Below, piece after piece: positions 41,361 to 53,825 of a stretch of 64,000 bases of DNA. The notes beneath the pieces were generated by a model. It was given only the letters and a program-made list of their open reading frames with translations, was not told the DNA's origin and searched no databases. Positions within the stretch are counted from its first letter, which is position 1. Each line of letters starts with the position of its first letter. Origin of the DNA: Macrostomum lignano (Eukaryota). The stretch is taken from contig NIVC01001795.1 of assembly GCA_002269645.1 (NCBI GenBank), positions 104,559 through 168,558 of the forward strand, read 5' to 3'. A program made the position numbers and the translations under genes.

Positions 41361-41691
41361 GTAGATAAAAAGATATTAAAAGAGCATTAAAAGATCTTGT
41401 GCTGTCAAACAGCTGCAAAAGTGAACGGCTCCAGAAAAATCAAAGAGCCTCCACAGATCGACTGCCTGCTACAAGTGAATCGTAGCTAATGTATGCCGAT
41501 ATGTATCGATAGCCACTGTCGCATTGTAATGCAGCGATAGAGGTTAAAAATAGTAAAGTAATTTATCGGCTAAAATTCCAGATCTTCATCATACCGACCG
41601 TTGGGTAAAAAGCGGGAGTAAGTATACCTTTATGTTAATAGGCTGATGCTTCGACATCTAATTAGTGCTCAGCTTGGTTTGGCTAACTAAC

Positions 41692-41997
41692 CTTCCTGTG
41701 CTCGTGGTCAATCATGACATTGTGCGGCTTCACATCCCGATGCATGATGCCCTTGCTGTGACAATAGTCCAATGCCTTCAGCAGTTCGAATAGGTAGAAT
41801 CGAATATCATAGTCCGTGAGAGTCTGGTACAGCTGCTTGAAGTCCGCGTTGTTCACGTGCTCGAAGATCAGGGCGGGCGTGCGCGACACCGGGTCCTTGA
41901 CGATGCCCTGGAGACCGATGATGTTGACGCCGCCTTTCAGATTCTCCAGAATCTTGATCTCCCGCTTGATCTTCTTCTTTTTTACCGGCTTGAGCAC
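41692..41997 (-). CDS. csnk2a1: Casein kinase II alpha, exon 2
   Basis: CAG| acceptor; [17 protein letters not shown] basic cluster and HRDVKPHN catalytic loop (102 codons); donor AAG|GTTAG. Confidence 0.97.
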
Positions 41998-42024
41998 CTG
42001 CCAATTTTGAAGACTTTTGTAGAT

Positions 42025-42530
42025 GAAATCTAAATGGGTCATGAGCTGACTGACACAAATCTAAATGGGTCATGAGCTATGACTGACACAAATCTAAATG
42101 GGTCATGAGCTATGACTGACACAAATCTAAATGGATCATGAGCTATGACTGACACAAATCTAAATGGGTCATGAGCTATGACTGACAGAAATCTAAATGG
42201 TTCATGAGCTATGACTGACACAAATCTAAATGGGTCATGAGTAATAACTGACAAATCTATATGGGTCATGAGCTATGACTGACACAAATCTAAATGGGTC
42301 ATGAGCTATGACTGACACAAATCTAAATAAGTCATGAGCTATGACTGACACAAATCTAAATGGGTCATGAGCTGACTGACACAAACCTAAATGGGTCATG
42401 AGCAATGACTGACAGAAATCTAATTGGGTCATGAGCTATGACTGACAGAAATCTAAATGGTTCATAAGTAATGACTGACAGAAATATATATGGGTCATGA
42501 GCTATGACTGACAGAAATCCATGAGTCATG
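42025..42530. repeat. 33-bp minisatellite ACAAATCTAAATGGGTCATGAGCTATGACTGAC (CK2 intron 1)
   Basis: About 15 units. Confidence 0.95.
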
Positions 42531-42625
42531 AGAAATAGAATCTAGAAGACTATGAAACGGACTCAAATTCTGCTGATAAATTTGACACGATGCTGGCAAC
42601 ATTAAAAGCATTTTAATGCGCTCAC

Positions 42626-42823
42626 CTTAATGACGATTTTCTCATTCGCGGCAACATTGATTCCCTCGAACACCTCCGAGTACTTGCCCCGGCCGAGCTT
42701 GCGCACAATCTGATAGTCATCCTGGTTGCCCCATTCAATCACAAGCACTTCGTAGTCCCAGTACTGCCGTTCCCGGACCTGATTGGCATCTGCATACACC
42801 CGAGACTTGCTAGGCAGGGGCAT
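42626..42823 (-). CDS. csnk2a1: Casein kinase II alpha, coding exon 1 of 6
   Basis: GCCGCC-ATG at 42823; [10 protein letters not shown]...YWDYE...[12 protein letters not shown]...KIVIK (66 codons); donor AAG|GTGAG, phase 0. Confidence 0.96.
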
Positions 42824-43231
42824 GGCGGCCAGAGTGCCATGCAAATTGATTATCATCATTTGGTTGAAGCAAGTTTGCATTAAAAATACAAGTAAAGCCA
42901 AAAGTTACAAAACAAATTATTTTGTGGTTTATTTGCTCATATATATTAAACTAAAAAATATCAACATTTATCTTAAGGATATACTAAAATTAATTATCAT
43001 GCTAGTATTGTCTAGCAAAGTCTGATTGATACATTTAGAGTTTATTTTAATTCTTCAAACTTCTACCAAAGTTTAAAAAATTACTAGACTAGGAAGAATT
43101 CCATCTGCCATTATTTTTGAAACCTGTATCTCTTGACAAAGAAAAGTAAAGATCATAATGTGTCACTAAAGTAAATGATAAAAAAATAATATTAAAAATA
43201 GGTATTATAATATACTTCATACTTTGGATAA

Positions 43232-43859
43232 TAGTGTTCCACCATAAGGAGGGTCTATGTACTGTAGCCATAGCTGTAAGCAAAACTATGGCTTATTCCA
43301 ATTCCATAATCCATAGCCATAGGGACCCCAATATTACCATATTCCCATAGTTCCCATAGCTATAGCCATAGTTTTAACAATAAGTCTAGAAAACAAAATA
43401 TTTTAAATCAAGAAGATAAACTGGTGCTTAAACGACTGCAAATTAATTTAGAAAATAAAAGAAACACTTGATTGCCTTTGTAAGATTACATTTAGTCTTT
43501 TTACAGAGCAAAAATACTTAATTGCTACTGAAAGTACTAATGCTGAACTTTTTCACATTAATAAAAATTAGAGTTTGCTAGTGTTTTATTGTACTTTATT
43601 AGGTATAATCTATAAGTTTCTAAGTTGAAAATACAGTTTAATAAAGTATCTTTGTTTTACTCTACCTGTTTCTAATTTTTTAATTAATAGCTATGGCTAT
43701 AAGAATCTATCGAAAGTGACAATAACTACCATATTTCCATACTTGCAGCCATAAGAGCAGCTAGCTACCAGAGGCGTATCCATAGCTGCTACAGGCACCT
43801 ATTTATAATATATGCCATACGATCCCATAGCTGTAGCTATGGCTAACAGCAGAACACTA
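43232..43859. mobile_element. Non-autonomous hAT-type element (628 bp)
   Basis: TIR TAGTGTTC...GAACACTA; perfect 8-bp TSD TTGGATAA at 43224-31 and 43860-67; subterminal GCCATAG(C) repeats at both ends. Confidence 0.82.
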
Positions 43860-45060
43860 TTGGATAATGTCACATACATAAAAGTTTCTAGCAGTAACTT
43901 GAATTTAAGACTGCCAATATTAAATGTTTAATTAAATATGATATTTTATTAATTGATAAATCTTAGAAACAAATTTATCTTCTTTACTTAAGCATTTAAG
44001 ATTTATGAAATAAAACTAAATTGTTGAAAACTTTCATAATCTTACTAGAGTGTCTAACTATGTTATTTGAAAAAAAAACAATATATTTCATTTTTCATGG
44101 TCTACTTGACTTATTTTGTTGACAACAAAATTAATACTATTTAAATTTCTAGAAATTAATAGGAAGCATTCATAATATGACAAGCTATTGAAACCTTTGG
44201 ATTTTGAACCCATTGAATTTGAATCCCTAGAACAATTTTTGCATGCATTTTTGAGACTTAGTTTCAGTTATTTTAATACGCTTAGTGCAGCAATTTTTTT
44301 ATATTTTTAAACTTTTACAAGCATTTTAAAAAAGCCTTTATTACATGTTATTTGCTTTAACTTGTCTTTAGCTATAAAAAGCAGGGATGTCAGAACTGGG
44401 GGGAGGGGGGGCACGAGGGGGGGGGGGGGCTGGAGCCCCCCACTTTTTGAAAGACCCTTAAAAGTGCCCTTTTAAAATTTCCAAGTGCCCCGGTAAATTT
44501 TCTAAGTGCCCTGTGTCCTAGGACCTTAGTTGCCCCCAATAAGCACAACCCAAGTAGGGCCAAACCCTCCAAATCCATTAAATTTAAACCATTCACTTTG
44601 ATTTGAATGTACAATGCTTAGTGTCTGCTACTCCTTATCCTTCCTTTATGTTTCTTGTTTATTGCTAAATCTTGACTGGACTGCACTAAGTTTTTCTTTT
44701 CCTGTCCTGCCCCTTCCCCACTCTAGAGATTCTGACCCTGCCCCCTACAGTGGACCGGCAAGGGCCCCACCCCCATGTAGATGTACATAGACAATATATT
44801 CATGAATCTTGCCAGTGGTCAATGGAGAGCGGGGAATGTGGGGAGTCCACTGAGGATGAAATAATAAGACAGTGGGTAAATAAGCAACATTACTGGGATC
44901 TGAGAAAGACAGACAGTGTAGTATGCTTTTAAATAAAAAATACTATATAAATCACTACACCTATATTGGGCTGGGCTTAAAAGCTTGGCTTCAGAGCCTT
45001 TAGCAAAAATTCAGAGCCATACAGACCTATCAGTTTCAGAAAAATACAATCTAAAATAAA

Positions 45061-47982
45061 ATGCCAATGGCTAAAAGGAGAAAGAAACAACATGAAGAGG
45101 ATATGAAACAGGCAGCCAAAAAGTCAAGGAAAATGACTAACTGGTAAATACATAATCTAAATGTAGGCTATGAAGATATGATACTGTGTTGATATTAAGC
45201 TATATGCTGCTTGTTAATTGCTGTTTTTTAGGCTTGTTTCTCCCATTGAAGCTAACTCGAATGCTCCATCTGGCATAGCTGCTGCTAACTAAAGCTGACT
45301 TGAGAGAGCTTACTGCCCCTGCCGCTGCTGCCAATGCTGACTATTGCCCCTGCCGCTGCCAATGCTGACTCTACTGCCTTTGCCTTTGCCAATGCTGACT
45401 CTACTGCCCTTGCCACTGCCAATGCTGACTCTACTGCCCCTGCTGCTGCCAATGCTGACTCTACTGCCCCTGCCTTTGCCAATACTGACTTTACTGCCCC
45501 TGCCGCTGCTGCCAATGCTGACTCTACTGCCCCTGCCACTGCCAATGCTAACTCTACTGTCCCTGCCGCTGCCAATGCTGACTCTACTGCCCCTGCCACT
45601 GCCAATGCTAACTCTATTGTCCCTGCCGCTGCCAATGCTGACTCTACTGCCCCTGCTGCTGCCAATGCTGACTCTACTGCCCCTGCCGCTGCCAATGCTG
45701 ACTCTACTGCCCCTGCCGCTGCTGCCAATGCTGACTCTAGAGAGCCTACTGTCCCTGCCACTGTTGCCAATGCCAATGTTGGTGAGACTGCTGTATCTGT
45801 AGCAAAAAATACCATTCTTAGCACTAGCACATCTAATCCATGCGAAATGTAAGATTGCGGATACTGCCAGATTACAATGCAAAATCGGCCTGATTCCATA
45901 TCTGGTTTCAAGCAAGGAGGGAGTGGGAGCAGCAATGCAGGTCGATCATGCCAACTACAATAGTTTGTGCAGTTTGACTGGCTTACATACTGCTCATCTC
46001 AAGGCACTCTTTTTTGTTTTTATTGTCGCTTTGTGGTAAACTCAGATTTGAAGCTATCAAGAAGTTGTGGAGAGAGTACATTCACCTTTTGCAGCTTTTG
46101 TGACTGGAAAAAAGCAATTGAAAAGCTAAAGAAACGTAATAACAGTCATTTTCACTAAGAAGCCTACGAGAAGGTGTACACTCGACTGAAATTACAATCT
46201 ACAATAGGAGCATAATTAGATGCTATTCATTCTCAATAGCTATTACAAAATCGGGAAAATCTGCAATGGGTTTTTAGCTCATTGCGATATCTTATGCGTC
46301 AAGGAATGGCAATAAGAAATAGTAAGGAGATTGAAGGCAATCTTAGACAGCTGTTTATTTTAAGGTCTGAAGCTGAAGATGTGCCTGAACTGCAATCTTG
46401 GCTAAAGGATTCCAAGTACTTAAGTGTTGACATGATTAGAGAGATAATGGAAATCATGGCATATCAGGTTCTCCAAAGTTTGTTACTTGACATTAGCGAG
46501 AAGTCAACAATATTCACATTGATTGCTAATGAATCACGTGACATAAGCTGCAAGGAACAAATGTCAGTGTGCATTTGGTAGGTTTCAAAGCCAGATTTAC
46601 AAGTGCACGAAGACTTCATTGGCATGCATGAACTATGCGGAACTGGAGCTGAAATTATTACTTCAACCTTAAAAGACATTCTAACATGTTGTAACTTGAA
46701 GCTTAGCAACCTAAGAGGTCAAGCATATGATGGTGCTGCAAGTATGAGTGGTAGACTGACAGGCACGGCAACATGCATTAAAGAAGAACAACCACTAGCA
46801 TTGAGTGTTCATTGTGCTAACCACTGTCTGCAGCTGACCCTTCAAAGGTGCACTCGAGAATCAAATGTCATCAGTACCGCGTTAAGTACTGTACAAGAGA
46901 CTGTTGTCTTCATCAAAGCCTCTCCAAAGCGCTTTGACCTATTTCATACCTTGAATGAGTCATTTTCTATTGAGGAAGAGCAGGGCTACAATATTCACAT
47001 GCTCTGCCCAATGCGATGGAATGTTTGTTGTAAGGCAATTTTGTCTGTATTGCACAGCTACAAGTACTTGCTTAACTGCTTGGCCAAAATTGCTAGTGAG
47101 TCATCTGGAGAGAATCAATCAAAGGCAGAAAATCTACAAAAATCCCTTATGAAGTTCTCTGTTTATTTTGGAATTTGCGTAGCGCGAGTGATTTTTACAT
47201 TATCAGAGCAGCTGGCTATTACCAGAGTAAACTGCCTCAAAGACACACTTTTGCGTGAGCGAAGCATGTTTTCAGAGTGGTTTCAGGAAGTAGTCGAGGG
47301 TGCAGAGGCAGTTGGCATTGAACAAAAGCTACTAAGAGAACGAAGGACTCCAATAGGACTCAAACATAAAGGCAATAAAATGCATCCGGTTCAGCATCAA
47401 TCTAACTCTGTAAAAGAATACTATAGGTAGCATTATTATACCACTATTGATGCTTTAGTTTGCGAACTAGACAGTAGATTTGACTAGGAAGCATATAATG
47501 TGCTTAAAGACATAGAGAAGCTTCTTATTCATGTGGCCAATGGAGCAGCACTAATTCTATTCCAGCATCACTGATGGCGTACCATCCTATGGATTGGGAT
47601 GCTGGCAATCTTCAAGCACAGCTATGCTTGCTGCATGGATTTGTGAAGCATTGTTCACCTAAAGTAAAGCTCATTCCAAGGTTGACAACTCTGCATGACA
47701 TATTTACAAAAGAACAGATTCACCAGCCACTTTCAAGATGTATTTGCAATGCTGCATATCTACTTGGTAGTGCCAATGATATATGTCACTGCAAAAAGGT
47801 CATTTTCAGCCCAAAAACAGATCAAGAATTACTTGCGAAGTTCTATGACTGCCAAAACATACAACAGCTTCATGTTACTTAATGTGCATAAGAATCGTAC
47901 TGACAATCTGAACCTCGCACAAGCTGTTTACAAGTTTGTAAGTCGCAACAGCTGTCGGCAAACTTTCTTTGGCAGAGTATGA
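45061..47982 (+). pseudogene. hAT transposase pseudogene (ZMYM1-like/DUF4371 plus hATC dimerisation domain)
   Basis: FDWLTY..LFCFYC, ANESRD (first catalytic Asp is Asn), RGQAYDGAASMSG, VHCANHCLQL, CPMRW, TAKRSFS; several in-frame stops and frameshifts. Confidence 0.9.
45310..45740. repeat. 30-bp minisatellite inside the hAT element (GCTGCCAATGCTGACTCTACTGCCCCTGCC)
   Basis: Reads TAPAAANADS repeats on the transposase strand. Confidence 0.93.
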
Positions 47983-50201
47983 AATTTGGAGCTTTTGACT
48001 ACTGACTTTTGATTTTTGTTTTCATAATTTGCTACTACTACTGGCTATCTACTCTTATATATTTTTGCATTACGAGTATTTGATATATAAACGTGACTTG
48101 CTTAATGGAGCAAATTGAAATTCAAATGTTTATTTCATATTCCTATAAACTTACATGTACTGTCAACATCAAATCAATGCAATACCTGCATCTTGCAACA
48201 CTTCAATAAACTATTGCTCTAATGATCAGTAATTTATTCACTCCCCTACATAATACATGTATAGTTCTATGAGTATCTAAGCACAGTATAATTAGTTGTA
48301 AATTTTTGTTTTTTTTTAAACTGCTGTTGCTGTCTGCTGATTGTGTAAACTAAATTGCACAACTAAATAGTAAATATATAGTTATTTTATGATTATTATT
48401 AGTTATATGTAATGGGTTGTACTTTGTTGTGAAATTAAATTACTTTTTAATGCATGAATGAACTTACATTAGTTGAAATTTTTGCCCTTTGATTTGCATT
48501 AAAGTAACTCAGATCTGCCCTTTTTTATTGAGCCCCCCACTTTGAAAGTAGTTCCGACACCCCTGATAAAAAGATGCAATATATTGCCAAATTTGCCTAG
48601 ATTGTCACCAAATTTGCTTTTGCCAGATTTGTCTATGATAAATTTCTGTTGCCGAATTTGCATGCATCCATTCCAAAACATTATACATTGATAATGTACT
48701 GGCTCACCCCCTCTATTAGCAGAGAATAAATAAATAAGAAAGGCTTAAATAACCAGAAAAAGTAGACAAATTTGCATGGTTGTAGTTTCTATCCTGATTG
48801 AGTTACAGAGTTAAGATTTTACACTTAGAAAATAAGTCAATAAATAATTTTGTCAAGTTTAAAGTTGATTGCTTCATATATATAGAGCAAACTTAAACCA
48901 GCTAAAAACTAGTTAATTTTGAAACCATTTTTAAATCTTGACAGATAACGGAAAGAGAGAGGCAGAGGTTGGGTTGAAGAGTTTGAACTTTGAAAGTGCA
49001 CAATGCCATTGGCATTCATTAAGGATCAACTTTAAGATTCAAAAGTTTATGCAATTGTACCAAAATAAGATTATTTATGTCAAATTTAAGTAGGATTGAT
49101 AAAAATGGAGCCACATTATGCCATGGAAGTTTTAGTTTAAAAAGATGAAGTATATGGAAAGGTTTCCATGCTTTTTAGTGCCCAGCATTTGTATTCAATC
49201 CAATACTAATTCAATCCAATACAATACAATCCAATATGGCAATAGGCCTATGATAAATAAATTTTAGAATAGTTTATTTAATAAAGCCACGAGTAGACAC
49301 AAAAAGTCGCTCTCCGAACGATCAAACAAAACAGGTGACCGCAGCTAAGGCATAGCATAAGGCATGATGCTTAAAAAAGGATGCCGGTGACGGTGACGGG
49401 CCCGCCCGATTGTGGAAGAAAATGATCGATGAAAGTTAAAACACGTCTTAAAATTAGTGCTAACTTTTTCACAGAATATACTTTTATATTTTTTTAAAAT
49501 TTCTAAGCAAATTAAAAGTCTTAAATAGTTTTAGCAATAAATATTTCTCTGAAAATTTTTATACATTAGGTTTTGCTTTTATTAACTGTTTGACACCGGT
49601 GATTTCCATTCCATGATGCATAGAAAGTGAAGAAGCCGAAAATTATGATATGCCATCCAGAAGCTACTATTGCTACTATTATAGCACTGTATACCTATAT
49701 TTAAAAAACATCTAGATTAGAACGAAATTCGTACTAATATTGATCATGGATTCCATTTAACTCAATTATGCTCTCAAGGACTACAAGCAGATCGAACTGC
49801 TAGAAACAACGGTACGTTTCTTGGAATTTTTGAAGGCGGGATTTGCCGAAAAATACAATAGGTAGATAGCACGTTGTCATTTTCTACACAAAAAGTTTTA
49901 CTGCTTTTGATAGAAGGGAGACCCAGTGTTCATCTCTTGATATGGTCCAAAGCCCAAAGGACCACATTCAGTATAGAAATTGAAGGAATAACCTTGGCTA
50001 CGCCCGTGATCGATCGTGCAGTGGCCGTTTGTCAAAGTGCACACAGTGAATACTACTATGTTGTGTAGTGTGAGCATCTTTTGCGTGTATTTTGTTAGTT
50101 AATTGACTGCATTAGTTTCTATATTGTTATTGAATTATTATTTTGCTTTAGTTTAGTCATGCGTTTTTGGTGTACTTTTCTTGTTGGTTAAAATCTAAAT
50201 T

Positions 50202-50967
50202 TGTAAACAGGTTAGAAGTCAGACGCCATTTGTGACTCAGCGGAGGGTTGAGTTTTTGTCTGCGAACCCCAGCTTTGCGCGGCCAGCCAATCAGAACCGG
50301 CCTGGACCCTGGCACGCGGCAAGTTTCAGTTCTACCCGGCGCCGCGGGCACAGTGCAAGTCGGCTTAGCGGGCGGCCGGCCAGACGACCACCACCCGGCT
50401 TGAGGGGGGTTTTGAGGGGTTGTGACTCTGACTATAAATGAAAGTGTGTTTGGCCCCTTCTTTCCCCGGTTCTTGGTTTTGTCCAGCTTCCCGGCCGGTG
50501 GCCTGTTTCCCTTTGATTCGCGCTTTGAGGCGTTCTGAATTTGTCACCCCGGTCCATAGTTTTGTTCCCCGCCCGACCGCTTCAGTCTTGTAGCGTAACG
50601 ATTCGGCATCCTTGTCTGACGTCGTCGCTATCAAGCGCGGTTTAGATAGAGACTGTCGGATCTGATCAAGTACGCGGCCTCGACTCCGAGGGCCTCAGTG
50701 TCACACTGAAGGGCAGTGCCGATAGAATTTAGTCGGTACTCCGTTGAACGGTCGATTCGGCAGGGCTCTCGCGTGAGAGTAGGTTCTGGTTTAGGCCAGG
50801 GGTTAGGAGTCTTCTCCGTGGTCGTGTTCGGTTCTTCCTCTTCTTCTCAGCTGAGATCCGCTTGTCAGTTGCGTAATCTAATTATTATTATTAACCGTTA
50901 TCGTCGTTTTGTCAACTCTAATTATCTGCGCCGCGAATTGCATTAAATTCTGTAACTTGAAGTATCA
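50202..50967 (+). mobile_element. Possible solo LTR
   Basis: TG...CA ends flanked by AATT; TATAAA near 50433; ATTAAA near the end; weak because AATT is common here. Confidence 0.22.
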
Positions 50968-51647
50968 AATTAAATCGTCTAGCCAATTATCAGTTTGTAT
51001 CACATAGGATTATCACTCTCTAAATCTTTCGGTTTGTGTTCCCTCGTGTTCTTTCTTTTCCTGTACTGTACCTGCGGCTATTGGAGAAAGACTGGTAGAA
51101 CTCGCCGACCGGCGATAGGCGATTAGGATTAATAGCTTTAAAATCTCTGACGCTCCAAGTAGGTTTGTCTAGGGCCTAATAATTGCTCACCGTGCATGCT
51201 ATTATCTAATTGCCTATTTATCACAGTTGTAAAAACTCGGCAAGCTCCCTCTTATCGCATTTTATGCGTGCAGTTTAATCGCCCCTAATTGCACCGTGCA
51301 TATGTAAATTCAAATTTAAAGCCGTTGTTGCGATTTCTTGTTGAGGTGCTTTCTTAACCTAAAAAAACATGAATATGTCAATATGACGCACAATGTAAGG
51401 AGTTAAATATTTGGGAATTTCTAAATTTTGTGTAAACTTCTCAGGACAAATCTTCGGCGGGGTAGAACTGCAGGAATTCCAAGTTAGCGCACGGGCGCGA
51501 TGGAAATTGGTATTTGCGTGGCTTTGAACAATCTGCTGCTCTACTAAACTGAGCAGTTCGCCCCCCCCCCCCGCGAAGCCAAACAATGGCCTTGAATAAA
51601 CACTCATTCGGTTTTCCAACAGAGCAGCACAGGGATCGCGTTGCTCC

Positions 51648-51695
51648 AGAGCCAATCACAGACTGCATGGCGCTGGCTTCCAAGATGACCGACCA
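51648..51695 (+). promoter_or_regulatory. Possible promoter motifs (CCAAT box and YY1-like CAAGATG)
   Basis: AGCCAATCA at about 51650 and CAAGATGAC at 51681, 2 kb upstream of the K2P gene; motif match only. Confidence 0.2.
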
Positions 51696-52193
51696 GCCGC
51701 AGCGGTATTTTTATATACAATTAATGAGCTCAAAAGAGCTCGAAGAAATAGCAGGAGAGGGCAACTGACTGTTATCTTGTCTATCGCATGCGGTCCACCT
51801 CTATACAGATTGGCTAAACATTATTTGCCAATTATAATTATATTTCGTAATGTCAACCAAGTCAACCCTGAAAAAGCTCTAAATGGCTGAGTTGCTAGGG
51901 CCAACAACTGCAAACTAAGGCAGAGAGCTCGCAGCAGATAAGCATTGGTCTCAGCGACAGAGCAAAGTGTGATTATATCGAGCTGTCAAAGCCCCGACTG
52001 AGGTCAGCTATACGTCATTATTCATCAGTGCTGTTCTCTAGGCAGAACCTTGGAATACTCGCTCAGTTGCGCAGCTTCTCCATCAATCAAAGGCAGCTCG
52101 TCAAGATTTCCATGTCAATTCTGCTTTTATAGAAGCTATCAAGGAATTAAAGGTAAGGACAAGATTGAGGGAATGAGTAGTGTACACCGCAGC

Positions 52194-53005
52194 CAGGCGC
52201 GTCGCCACCGGGGGGACAGGGGGGACATATCCCCCCCCCCCCAGTAAAAGCTCTGGGGGGGACATGCCAATGCTTTGCCCCCCCCCCCCACCCAACCTTG
52301 TTAGTCGCTGTAGTAATCAATACTTTTTCTTGAGGGAACCAAAATATAGCGCCTTCGGCATAAAAATGAGTGCTTGCGGCGCTAAAATGAGTGCCTGCGG
52401 CGCTAAAATGAGTGCCTGCGGCGCCAAAATGAGTGCCTGCGGCGCTAAAATGAGTACCATGCGGCGCCAAAATGAGTGCCTGCGGCGCTAAAATGAGTGC
52501 CTGCGGCGCCAAAATGAGTGCCTGCGGCGCTAAAATGAGTGCCTGCGGCGCTAAAATGAGTGCCTGCGGCGCCAAAATGAGTACCATGCGGCGCCAAAAT
52601 GAGTGCCTGCGGCGCTAAAATGAGTACCATGCGGCGCCAAAATGAGTGCCTGCGGCGCTAAAATGAGTGCCTGCGGCGCCAAAATGAGTGCCTGCGGCGC
52701 TAAAATGAGTGCCTGCGGCGCTAAAATGAGTGCCATGCGGCGCCAAAATGAGTGCCTGCGGCGCTAAAATGAGTGCCATGCGGCGCTAAATTGAGTGCCT
52801 GCGGCGCTAAAATGAGTGCCTGCGGCGCCAAAATGAGTGCCTGCGGCGCTAAAATGAGTGCCTGCGGCGCTAAAAGGAGTGCCTGCGGCGCTAAAATGAG
52901 TGCCTGCGGCGACAAAATGAGTGCCTGCGGCGCCAAGATGAGTGCCTGCGGCGCTAAAATGAGTGCCATGCGGCGCTAAAATGAGTGCCTGCGGCGCCAA
53001 AATGA
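52194..53005. mobile_element. Orphan hAT/MITE-like left end followed by a 21-bp array
   Basis: CAGGCGCGTCGCCACCGGGGGGACAGGGGGGACAT resembles G/C-run transposon termini; no matching right end or TSD found. Confidence 0.3.
52364..53005. repeat. 21-bp minisatellite AAAATGAGTGCCTGCGGCGC(T/C)
   Basis: About 30 units with ACCATG variants. Confidence 0.97.
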
Positions 53006-53683
53006 TCAGCAGCTGTTTCTGAATCATTAGGCTATTGAAAAATTTTCGCATGAAAAAGAATAGTTTGCCAATTTCAATTTCAAGTACGAATATTCGATCT
53101 GCTTTCATAAAAAATCTTTTATATTCTTCTGCTGAAAAAAAGAAAATTTTGTCACTGTGGTGATTTTTTAAATAACCCGGCCTTAAATTTTTTTTCTAAG
53201 AAAAAAATATGATCTTGCCACAACCGTGAATATTTGCCTGTTAAGGCTGCAAACAGACAGCTAAAAGTCCAGCGAAAATAATATTTGACAGAAAGCTGAA
53301 AATTGGCTCAATCATTCAGCCTCACTATCTCTTCCCTTATCATCTCATCACCCGCCCCGCTGCATGGTCTCCCCGGGCGACAGCGGGGCCGGCAACACGG
53401 TGTTGGGGAGGAATAGGAGGAGAGGAGGGGCAAGAAGACACCCGGCAAGGGGGAGCTTGCAGTCGGGAACAAACAATGGGATGTGAGGCTGCAACCCCAC
53501 ATCATGACTCTCCTCTCCTCACTTCCGTGCAGATCCCTGCCAGATCTGCCGGGCCACAGACTATAAGATAACCGCGGCAGCACAGGTGGAGGCTCAGACT
53601 GCCACTGCTCCAAGCTCCCCACCTGACGCTACAGAGCTGCGCTTACTCCTGCATTGCCTCCCCATCCCGGACAGCTGAAGACA

Positions 53684-53825
53684 ATGCACTGGAAAGTGCT
53701 GATCGCGCTGCTTGCAGTCATTGTGGCCTACCTGTTCCTAGGCGCTGTTGGGTTCCACTTCATTGAAGGGCCGACCGAGGAGACTCGACAAGCTGATTTG
53801 CAGGCGCTGACGGCCAAGTTTATGT
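53684..53825 (+). CDS. Two-pore-domain K+ channel (K2P, TREK/TALK-like), exon 1 (TM1)
   Basis: MHWKVLIALLAVIVAYLFLGAVGFHFIEGP resembles TREK M1; donor T|GTGAGT, phase 1; an AG 9 nt upstream of the ATG means an N-terminal extension or a trans-splice site is possible. Confidence 0.88.

Larger units (their letters stand above)
44382..48565 (+). mobile_element. hAT DNA transposon, full length (4184 bp), decayed
   Basis: 16-bp TIRs CAGGGATGTCAGAACT / CAGGGGTGTCGGAACT (14/16 match); perfect 8-bp TSD ATAAAAAG at 44374-81 and 48566-73; internal transposase remnants. Confidence 0.93.

Noticed and set aside
49874-50068. Short ORFs in the AT-rich island
   Set aside because: No recognisable domain on either strand
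51093-51110. PBS-like TGGTAGAACTC after the LTR-like block
   Set aside because: Not preceded by CA, no recognisable tRNA complement, no gag/pol
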